In this document: positions 55,400-64,000 of the stretch, in pieces
How the letters are laid out: the number at the start of each line of letters is the position of its first letter
Numbering within the stretch: position 1 is the stretch's first letter
Origin: Histomonas meleagridis 2922-C6/04-290x
Lineage: Eukaryota; Protista; Parabasalia
Length of the DNA: 64,000 nt
Direction of reading: 5' to 3'
Assembly (NCBI GenBank): GCA_020184695.1
Contig: JAANOX010000085.1
Coordinates: 1-64,000 of the forward strand
Program-made: the position numbers and the translations under genes
The notes under the pieces: generated by a model
What the model saw: the letters and a program-made list of their open reading frames with translations, nothing else
The model's database searches: none
What the model was told of the DNA's origin: nothing

Positions 55400-55916
55400 A
55401 AGTCACTCAATTTATCAAATGTCATTTACCAAAAAGTGAATTCAAAGTGTTGGAATGAGGAAGAACTTCATCCCAGTAAATATACTGACCTCAATAAATA
55501 CAAAGCAATTATGATTCGCTATACTGTTATGTATGTTGCGATGTTCACAAAGCCTCTGAGCAATTGGCATTTTCCGGACATACTGGAATATCATAACATT
55601 TATCACTGCTTCTTAGGTGAAATAGCTACCGTAGATTCAGTCTCGAATACTTGTTATTGTTTCTGCCTTTGAGATACGCATAGAGATCTAAGTTCGTTGG
55701 ACCAATGTCTCACTTCACCTGCGCCAAATTTGGGTCCATCGTACTACTTTTTAATAAATAACCGTTTTGACTTTGAATGCATATAGAAAAATTCTAATAA
55801 AAATCATAATAATCAAAGCTTTGTAAAATTTATGATTTTCAAGTTCTTACTTCTTTTCCCAAGAAATTCACTTCAAAACTATCTAAGAGACAGATGTTTG
55901 CAAGCACCAAAAGTGC

Positions 55917-58257
55917 ATTTTCAGTATTTCCCTATAAAAATTACAAAACTCCAATAATGAATAGTTTTTCAGATACTCTTAATCCATGGAATATTGAAGC
56001 ACCAAAACGCACTAGCATTGCAGGCATATTTGAAACCAAATTCATTAATTACACGATTTTATTTTTAATTCTAACTATCTACATAATATTATATTTTTTA
56101 ACCAAACATCTTAAAATTGACATCACATTAAGTGGAAGTAAGAATTCTCATTTTGTCATGTTTCTTTTTTTGGTTGAGTATTCTTTTCAATCTTTTGATG
56201 AAACATCTGGGAAACTTACTATCGAATCAGATGAGAACTTTAGCGACAACTACATGAGTCTGACTCAATATGTTGTAATTTCAGATCAAATAGCCAGCAT
56301 CCCTAGCTTTACTTTTGATGAATAGCCTTTATTAAGCATTGTTGAAATCGATGCATGTATTTCAATTGGAATTTATGCTTTTGACAGCTGCTTAAACTTA
56401 GCTAATGTTATATTTGGTTCTAGCTTGGAATCAATTTCTAATAATGCATTTTCATATTGTAGTAAATTAGATAATATTTCATTTCCAGATACATTAACAT
56501 CCATTGGAAATTCTGCATTCCAATATTGTACTTCATTAAAGAATATCAGTATTTCAAGCTCAGTTACTTCAATTGGAACATACGCATTTGCATATTGCTA
56601 TAATTTAACATTAATTCCATTTGATAAAATAGAAAAACTTGAAAATTATTTATTTGCAAGTTGCTCTTCATTTGTAAACATTATGATTCCTGACTCAGTT
56701 AAAATTATTGGAATATGTGCATTTGATTCATGTGAAAAATTGGAATCAGTAACATTTGGTAAAGGTGTGACAACAATTGATTATTTAGCATTTTATTATT
56801 GCGATTCATTGTATAATGTTACAATTACATCATCCGTAACTAATATTAGTGTTAATCCATTTTGCTCATGTAAAGGTCTTCAATATATTAATGTTTCTGA
56901 AGATAATACTAATTTTTGTACATTAAATGGGGTTCTTTTTGATCTTGAAATAACGAAAATTATATGTTATCCAGCAGGAATTGAAAATGGATCATTTGTA
57001 TTTCCTGAAACAGTTTTATCAATTGAAGATAAAGCATTTCAAGGGAATTATCATATATCTGAAATGACATTTCCTTCAATACTTAAATCAATTGGAACAG
57101 AAACATTTTATTATTGTCATGGTATAAATTCTATAGAAATTCCAAGTTCAGTAGAATATATTGGTGATAATCCTTTTTCTGTTTGTATTGATCTTTCATA
57201 TATTAATGTAATAATAGGTTATGAAAATAAATATTTTTCATATGATGGCGTTCTTTGTGATATCATAAATTATTCCATAATTTCTTATCCAATTGCAAAA
57301 ACAGATAAAACCTATTACATTCCTGAATTTATTACATCAATTGGTCCAAAAGCATTTGAAAGTTCTAATTTAACAAATGTTGATATTGCTAAAGTAGAAT
57401 CAATTGGAGATGAAGCGTTTTATAACTGTGATCAATTACAATATATAATAATTCCAAGTCAAGTAGAATCAATTGGAGATGCAGCATTTTGTGAGTGTTC
57501 TGCATTGGAATCAATTTCTATTGGAGAAAATGTAAATTTTATTGGTGATTACGCATTTTATCGATGCAATAGCCTTAATTGTATTTATTTTTATGGTGAA
57601 ACATCACCAACTTTTGGCGGAGAATATGTTTTTTCAGGATCGCCAAATGTTCTGGTGACAAACGGATATCAAAATATTACATTTGGTCAGTTAGATATTT
57701 TTTCTTCATCAGTAGAAGGATGTACCCCTCCACCAACATTAAAATTTACAGGGTCAAATACATATTCTCCATCATCTACATTTGATCCATCATCTACGTT
57801 TTATCCGTCGATGACATTTGATCCAACACTTACATTTCCTGCGACAAGTACATTCACTTCTTCAGATGCTTTTACTCCTTATCAAATGTCATCACATAAT
57901 ATTTCTGATGGTGTCACTATAAGTCAAAGTTATTCCCAAACATTAATTTATGTTATGACAGTCACACAAACAATAATTTCGTATTCATATTTATCTAATT
58001 CAGATACAATTTCTTTTAGCGTTACCACATACACACATTTTGTTTCATTATTTGTATTTTATGATTATAAAGTTATTACATACACCACATTCTATAGTTA
58101 TTATTCAGATTTCTTTACTGTTTTTTATTTAAATGATAATTATGATTCAAATAATAATAAAATTTCATTAGAATTATTAATAGGAATCATTTGTGGTTCA
58201 ATTGTTATAGTTTTAATAATTATTGGTACTCTTGGTCTATTTTCAGTATTTCCCTAT
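55917..58257 (+). repeat. Perfect 19-bp direct repeat pair (55917-55935 / 58239-58257) flanking the BspA-like gene
   Basis: ATTTTCAGTATTTCCCTAT present at both positions. Confidence 0.85.
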
Positions 58258-58305
58258 TATATTGATATTGCCTTACAAAAAGTTTTATCGTACTTTAGAA
58301 ATTAA
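56158..58305 (+). CDS. BspA-like (TpLRR) surface protein with one in-frame TAG at 56323-56325
   Basis: Repeats of xxSIGxxAFxxCxxLxxI; Ser/Thr/Pro stalk (TFDPS repeats); C-terminal TM (LLIGIICGSIVIVLIII). ATG 56158 follows an Inr-like TCATTT. ORFs 55894-56325 and 56425-58305 are in the same frame. Confidence 0.85.
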
Positions 58306-58375
58306 ACGTTCGTCAAAACCGTTACATTTATATTCAATTTTTTTTTGATGTGCTTTTGATGTATTAATTAAAATC

Positions 58376-59644
58376 ATGAATTACAAGAACGCAAAAGAAA
58401 TCTCCAAATGCAAAATTTTGATAAGAGAAGACATGAACAAGCAGTTATATAATGCTTCTATTCCAATCAATCGCCAATCATTTTATATTGGAACATTTTT
58501 ACTTGAACTCGAAAATCTTATTATAAATAATTTTGAGCAAGAGATAATTTCGTGTATTGAAGTTCTTAGTTCTTTACTTATTGACGACGCTAAATATGTA
58601 TTAAGTCCTTTAGTTTTGGAAGCGATTTTTAATTTCATTCATATTATTCCAGAAGATTCTTTAAAAATTATTAATATCATTACCAAGAACAATGAAATTT
58701 ATGATCAATTTATAATATCTCATAAATATGTTTTATATTCTATAATTGATAATGATTCTGGAAACGTGTCGAACATTGCATTTTCTATTATATCCAATAT
58801 ATCAAAACGAGCATCAGAAACATTTTTAGATTTATTTCCACTTCTTAAAAGACGTAACATAACCAAAGAAATTCTGAGTTATTTAATCACTATTCTATTA
58901 CATATCAAAAACATAAAAGATTTTAATTATTCAAATTTGTTCTTTATGTTTTATCGATGTATTTTATCGCATTGTTTTAATATCCAAAAAATGTTAATTC
59001 CATTAATCGTTTGTTGTATCGAATCAAATGATATAAATCTTATAAATTTTTGTTATTCAAATGTACAAAATTTCGAATCACTTCTTTCTAGTCCATACAT
59101 TCGAACTATATCAATTGGATTTAGAGTTTTATCGAAATTATTTAAAATTCTTTCAGTGAATGAGTCCATAAAAAGTGGAAATGTCGGTATTATGTGCGCA
59201 TTAAAATATATAAATACCAATTCAAATATGTTAAAAAAGGAAATATTTCATTATATTACTGAATATGTAATTAAGACAAAATGTTCAATTCAAAAAGAAT
59301 TGTTCAATTTAATAATGTTGAACATTGATAATGGTCCGTATTCAGTAAATGAGATAGGAACAAAATGCTTGGCTTCAATAATAGTTCATACAAATAGTAA
59401 CGTTGATAACTTCGAAGTATTAAATGTATTCATACAATATTTATATGTAAACGAAGAATTAACTTTCTGCATATTAAACGCAATACTAAAAATTATAAAT
59501 TACGCAAATGTAAATAATCAATTGGAAGAAATTATATTCATTGCTGATGAAGTAACACAAGAATCAATAACCAAAAACGATGAATGCGAAGAATTAATAC
59601 ATATCATATGTTTACATTTCGATAATCTTTTACAATATGAATAA
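58376..59644 (+). CDS. Hypothetical ARM/HEAT-like helical protein
   Basis: 422-aa ATG-initiated ORF; similar size and style to 1916-3217. Confidence 0.75.
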   Translation: MNYKNAKEISKCKILIREDMNKQLYNASIPINRQSFYIGTFLLELENLIINNFEQEIISCIEVLSSLLIDDAKYVLSPLVLEAIFNFIHIIPEDSLKIINIITKNNEIYDQFIISHKYVLYSIIDNDSGNVSNIAFSIISNISKRASETFLDLFPLLKRRNITKEILSYLITILLHIKNIKDFNYSNLFFMFYRCILSHCFNIQKMLIPLIVCCIESNDINLINFCYSNVQNFESLLSSPYIRTISIGFRVLSKLFKILSVNESIKSGNVGIMCALKYINTNSNMLKKEIFHYITEYVIKTKCSIQKELFNLIMLNIDNGPYSVNEIGTKCLASIIVHTNSNVDNFEVLNVFIQYLYVNEELTFCILNAILKIINYANVNNQLEEIIFIADEVTQESITKNDECEELIHIICLHFDNLLQYE

Positions 59645-59766
59645 TAACAAAGAATTAATACATATCATATGTTTACATTTCGATAATCTTATGCAATATG
59701 AATAATAACAAAGAATTAATACATATCATATGTTTACATTTCGATATTCTTTCACAATATGAATAG
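59589..59766 (+). repeat. Three tandem 61-bp copies spanning the stop codon of 58376-59644
   Basis: AAGAATTAATACATATCATATGTTTACATTTCGATA... starts at 59589, 59650 and 59711, with few substitutions. Confidence 0.92.
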
Positions 59767-59800
59767 TAAGAAATGGTTAAAAAAAATTCCTTTTACTTAT

Positions 59801-60415
59801 TTAGCGGAAGCGGTGAAGTTTCATTGTGTTGCGGATCTTCCAGTCAGCGTCGCGTGATGGCCTCATCTTGCGGTATCCCTTTCCTTTACCCATCAAAGCG
59901 CGGTGGCGGCGTCCAGCAGATGTGAGTGCGCGGCATTCGCGGTGTGTGTGCTTTGAGCTTACGATCCAGTTGATCTTTGGGTCGTGTTGGATTGCAGGAT
60001 GCATTGGATCGACGAAGATGCATTCGTAATACTTGAAAACGCCGTCTTCGTTAACCCAATATGAGTTGAGGAGGCGGAGGGATGGGAGCGCCTTTCCCGC
60101 CTTCATTTCGGCCATGTTTTGGAGGTTGACCTTTGGCGTTAACTTGTAGATGTGGTGGGTACGGTTCTTACCATAAATCCTGTTCTTCTTGGCGACTCTC
60201 CTGCGGCCGCCCTTCCTGATGCGCTGGCGGTAGATGACGTAGCCCTGCTTGGCCTTGTAGCCCATGCGGTGCGCCTTATCTGGACGTGTTGGCTGTGTGA
60301 GACGAACAAGCCCTGGAAGTTGGCGGTATTCCCAGCAGCGGAGACGAAGGATGAAGCGCATGACATCGCTTTGCTTCTTTGTCCATAATGCGCGGAGATA
60401 TGAATAAGCACCCAT
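59801..60415 (-). CDS. RPL15: 60S ribosomal protein L15 (eL15)
   Basis: MGAYSY, RCWEYRQ, PTRPDKAHRMGYKAKQGYV, LRLLNSYWVNED, RALTSAG. Confidence 0.98.
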   Translation of the reverse strand: MGAYSYLRALWTKKQSDVMRFILRLRCWEYRQLPGLVRLTQPTRPDKAHRMGYKAKQGYVIYRQRIRKGGRRRVAKKNRIYGKNRTHHIYKLTPKVNLQNMAEMKAGKALPSLRLLNSYWVNEDGVFKYYECIFVDPMHPAIQHDPKINWIVSSKHTHRECRALTSAGRRHRALMGKGKGYRKMRPSRDADWKIRNTMKLHRFR

Positions 60416-60421
60416 GTAAAT

Positions 60422-60426
60422 AAAGG
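60422..60426 (-). promoter_or_regulatory. M5-like CCTTT element
   Basis: CCTTT 6 nt upstream of the RPL15 ATG on the minus strand. Confidence 0.55.
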
Positions 60427-60799
60427 CCGACCAGGCTTGTCAAAAATTAAGTAGGTTTGTTTGACGATGCAAATAATGGGGTGGCCCAATAATTTGGGGG
60501 GGGTCAACTCATTTTTAATTGATTGTGATTTAGAGAGTTCCAATTGAGAATCACAAAGGAATATGTGAAATTTCCAATATATAAATCAATAATCATCTAA
60601 TTGGTTATGAAATATCTGTGTGTTATCATATGTTTTTCATATTCTTAAATGTGCTTATTCGGAAGTTTTACATCACCTAATTAATTAGATAAGAAACTAT
60701 ATGAATAACATTATGATATCATCAAAATTTATAAATTTAGCAAGAAAAAGATATTAAAAAACATAAAATTATAAAAATATTTAAAAAACAAATAATAAG

Positions 60800-63700
60800 T
60801 TACCACAATGGACACCATCCACTGTACAGATTCGCCAAGTTGTATTGATCCATTGCCGCTTCGATCAGTAATTCCACGTGTTGATTTACTGTCAGTTGTT
60901 GTTCGCTTTCGAAGTCAGTTCCGACTATTTTATTCCAAATTCTTGGCATGATTTTCTCAGTCAGCAATTGAGTATTATTTTCATCATGTATTGGTTCTTG
61001 CACGAAAATCTCCAACACCGAAACTAACGAGTTACAGTTTTCCCTCACCAACATCATAACCTTTTCGCAGACCGGTCTAAAGTCACCTTCGATACCAAAT
61101 GCGCCGAATGCGTTCACGATCATTCTTGTCAATCTGAAAGGTATTAACTCTGGAAACAGCACTCTATTTCTTGCCACTTCGAAGCAATCGCCGAAGTCGA
61201 TATGTACTACGTCACCCGTATTTCTATCTATCATGAAATTAGAAGGGTGACGATCACCGAGTCCTAACACATACCCTACTATCGACATTAGTCCAGAAGA
61301 CCTTGCGAACTTTGTTGTTTTCTCTAGCCATGAATCACTTGATCTCGATTTTAGCCAGAACACTTTTCTGAGGTCCCCCTTATCGGTTACGTTTGCCGTG
61401 TTAATTAACGTCTCCAGCCTCTGAATTGGTCTCAAATTATCAATATTTGAAAAAGTGTCATCGATCATTAAGTTATGTTCTATCGTCACATCTCTATTAT
61501 GAACAATTCTATATTCAGATATTAAACTATGGAAAGTATCACTTCCATCCACCCATTGAATTAATCCCACTGCGGAAGACAATGGAATAATTATATAAGT
61601 TCTAATATTAATACCATCAGAACTTAAAGAATAATCATATTTAATTTGGGTATTAATCAAATGAAATAATTGCATAACACGTTGATCTAATCTTAAGTCT
61701 TCATTACCTTTCAACAAATATTTATATTCATTACCATCACTACCAAATATTGACGTTTTACGTGGCCTTTTTTTAGAGCCTAAAACATTAAATGAAGTAC
61801 CGAAACTTTTAATAGTTATATTATTATTAGCTCCAGGAACTAAAATTTCGGTATCATTTAACTTTAATAGTTCAGGACATACATCACTTACAAGTAAATG
61901 AGATAATTTGTTCATGAACTTCTCGATATCTTGTAACATTTCTTGTAATAATATATTAATTTCTTCATTATTATTATCAATTATTGATTTTTTTAAGTTT
62001 GGTATTGTTGAGAAATTAATTTGATGAAATAATCGATCGAAAGTCGTATGAGGATTCATGATAATATTTATCATATTATTTAATAATTCTTTTGATTCAT
62101 CATAAAGTTTCTTATGTATTAAATCGAAATATTGATATATCCAACGAATACAATTCTCAAATATAGTTACGGCTGCTAACAATAAACAATTTTGCATAAT
62201 TGTCGCTTGTCTCATTAAAGTTGAATGTCGTATACTAATTGAAGATAATATTTCTTGAACAGCTGTTTTCTTACGGATATCATTTGAAGATTGTGCTACG
62301 AGTAATGGGAATATTAATTCTTGATAATTTTCTTGTGATATACCTTCCAATATATTTTTTACTAATTGTATTGTTGACTTTGTATTATGAGAAAGTTGTG
62401 CTATTAATTGAGGTATCGTATCTAAGAATAAAGAAGATTGTAAACGAATTAAATGTTGTGATATCATTTTAAATATATTTGGATTAGAAGCAGTATTAAA
62501 AAATAATGAAAGTAATTGTATAATTTCAGAGAAATTACCTTTGCCTGCTGATAATATACAATGAATATAACCTTTCATTGCTTCGATTGCATATTTATCT
62601 TTATCATTTTGATCATTGAAATCTTTGTTTGATAATTGATAGATTTGATAATTAATTGTTGCCCAACGTTGCCATATTATATAATTTTGTTTAGGAAATG
62701 ATAATATTTGTTTTAATAATTCATAAGCATCTTTTAAACTTTTCGGATCTTTAGCACTATGAATTAATGACCAATCAACAAAATATACAACAAAAGATGG
62801 TAATTTTAAAGGATCATAATGTTGGACTAACAAATGATGTATTAAATTCTTTAATTTTTGGATTGTTTGAGATTTATCTTTCCCAATTAACCATTGATAT
62901 TTATAATATTGTAATATGACTAAAGGATTTGTAAAGTTATTATTACCGAAATTAGGAAATAATAATTTTAATGTTGAATTAAATACATCGAATTGACGTT
63001 CTCGTATTAATAATTCTAAAAAATGTATTAAAATTGTTTCATCACGTGGTGTAAATGTCATTCGATTAATGATTAAAGGCCACCAAACATTACTAATATA
63101 TTCGACGTTTCTAATTCGATTATTCCAATTTTTCGTATTAATTTCTTGTGTAATTAATTCTTGTAATTCATATAATACTTGACAATTTAATATAATTTGA
63201 TATAAACTTTCGTAACGATATGAGTTACCAAATAAAGAAGAAGATTGAGCACTAATTAAATTAAATGTCGAATTAATAATATTTTGTGCTAATTCTTTTT
63301 TGTTTAACATAATTAATGCTAAAATCTTTTTGATTTTCCCTTCGATTAAATCATCAGAACAAAAGTCACTATAAAAAAGCATTTTTTCATATTCTTTCGA
63401 GAAGAAAAATGCGTCCATAAAATCTAATGAAGTTTCTTCTTGAACTTTATGATCGAATTTTAAGAAGTCATTTGTTTTCTCTCTAATTTTATCATATAAT
63501 CTAAGTTTACTACATGAAGTTATATACCCTATAAACCCTTCTTCATTCTTAGGGAATAATTCTAACATTTGTTTATAATATATATAAGCATCATTCCATT
63601 GCCCTAATTTAATTAACCATTCTTCAGATACTATATTTGATTTAAACAAAGCTTTAGCAGTATTAGATTTACCTAATGAACTATTTAATGATATTAATGA

Positions 63701-64000
63701 ATCCAAAATCTCATTTGATATAGTAGATCCACCTTCATTTAATCTTTCTTGTTCATTATGTAATGCTAAAGCTAAACATTTTGCATTTTTAAATATTGGC
63801 GTTAAAGAATTTTGAGATATTAATAAAGGCTTTTCAGCGCGATCCATATATTCAATTAACCCGGTAAAAGAATGTAATATATCATTCGGTAAATTAGGTC
63901 GAACTAATATTAATTGTATTGATAAAGAAAAAGAACTTTGTACGTCATCATTTAAATGTATCCATATACTTAAGAACGCCGGATAAAATAAAGAATTAGC
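60800..64000 (-). CDS. TOR: TOR-family PIKK kinase (FAT, FRB-like, kinase, FATC), 5'-truncated by window edge
   Basis: YLLKGNEDLRLDQRVMQLF, GYVLGLGDRHPSN, HIDFGDCFE, PFRLTRM, C-terminal LYSGWCPLW. The frame stays open from 63847 to 64000 (LFYPAFLSIW..., TOR-like). Confidence 0.93.
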   Translation of the reverse strand, partial: ANSLFYPAFLSIWIHLNDDVQSSFSLSIQLILVRPNLPNDILHSFTGLIEYMDRAEKPLLISQNSLTPIFKNAKCLALALHNEQERLNEGGSTISNEILDSLISLNSSLGKSNTAKALFKSNIVSEEWLIKLGQWNDAYIYYKQMLELFPKNEEGFIGYITSCSKLRLYDKIREKTNDFLKFDHKVQEETSLDFMDAFFFSKEYEKMLFYSDFCSDDLIEGKIKKILALIMLNKKELAQNIINSTFNLISAQSSSLFGNSYRYESLYQIILNCQVLYELQELITQEINTKNWNNRIRNVEYISNVWWPLIINRMTFTPRDETILIHFLELLIRERQFDVFNSTLKLLFPNFGNNNFTNPLVILQYYKYQWLIGKDKSQTIQKLKNLIHHLLVQHYDPLKLPSFVVYFVDWSLIHSAKDPKSLKDAYELLKQILSFPKQNYIIWQRWATINYQIYQLSNKDFNDQNDKDKYAIEAMKGYIHCILSAGKGNFSEIIQLLSLFFNTASNPNIFKMISQHLIRLQSSLFLDTIPQLIAQLSHNTKSTIQLVKNILEGISQENYQELIFPLLVAQSSNDIRKKTAVQEILSSISIRHSTLMRQATIMQNCLLLAAVTIFENCIRWIYQYFDLIHKKLYDESKELLNNMINIIMNPHTTFDRLFHQINFSTIPNLKKSIIDNNNEEINILLQEMLQDIEKFMNKLSHLLVSDVCPELLKLNDTEILVPGANNNITIKSFGTSFNVLGSKKRPRKTSIFGSDGNEYKYLLKGNEDLRLDQRVMQLFHLINTQIKYDYSLSSDGINIRTYIIIPLSSAVGLIQWVDGSDTFHSLISEYRIVHNRDVTIEHNLMIDDTFSNIDNLRPIQRLETLINTANVTDKGDLRKVFWLKSRSSDSWLEKTTKFARSSGLMSIVGYVLGLGDRHPSNFMIDRNTGDVVHIDFGDCFEVARNRVLFPELIPFRLTRMIVNAFGAFGIEGDFRPVCEKVMMLVRENCNSLVSVLEIFVQEPIHDENNTQLLTEKIMPRIWNKIVGTDFESEQQLTVNQHVELLIEAAMDQYNLANLYSGWCPLW

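Noticed and set aside
55894-56157. In-frame upstream extension of the BspA gene as the true N-terminus
   Set aside because: ATG 56158 has an Inr-like element and a signal-peptide-like start; the extension looks like open non-coding sequence.
1-64000. Variant genetic code (TAA/TAG/TGA as sense) to explain linker stops
   Set aside because: Conserved housekeeping genes have no internal stops and end at TAA at the expected positions; recoding would not fix the frame shift of the 170-nt period.

Overview
Gene-dense, very AT-rich eukaryotic DNA, almost certainly from a parabasalid (trichomonad/tritrichomonad-type) protist. Support: an IBP39-type Initiator-binding-domain gene, a BspA-like LRR surface gene, DUF3447-type ankyrin genes, Inr/M3/M5-like promoter motifs, and no recognisable spliceosomal introns. 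Housekeeping genes include RPS5, RPS20, RPL15, ARL2, GCN5, Rab GDI, a RAD23-like gene, NOP9, a TOR-family kinase (runs off the right edge) and tRNA-Pro(TGG). There is also a bacterial-type alpha/beta hydrolase, two probable pseudokinases and several decayed gene remnants. The standout signal is in four ankyrin genes (1-1256, 3345-5447, 41053-45475, 53467-55399). After a normal N-terminal ORF, every ankyrin repeat is a stop-free 90-nt coding module followed, at the same point (the beta-turn after ...INAKD), by an AT-rich linker of fixed length. The linker is 80 nt from after the D codon to the next T codon in 26 of 33 cases I counted, giving a 170-nt period. It breaks the frame, often carries stops and has no GT-AG ends. 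Three arrays end in a proper capping repeat plus stop. This suggests an undescribed, length-constrained non-canonical splicing or recoding system. The mechanism is inference and needs RNA or protein data.
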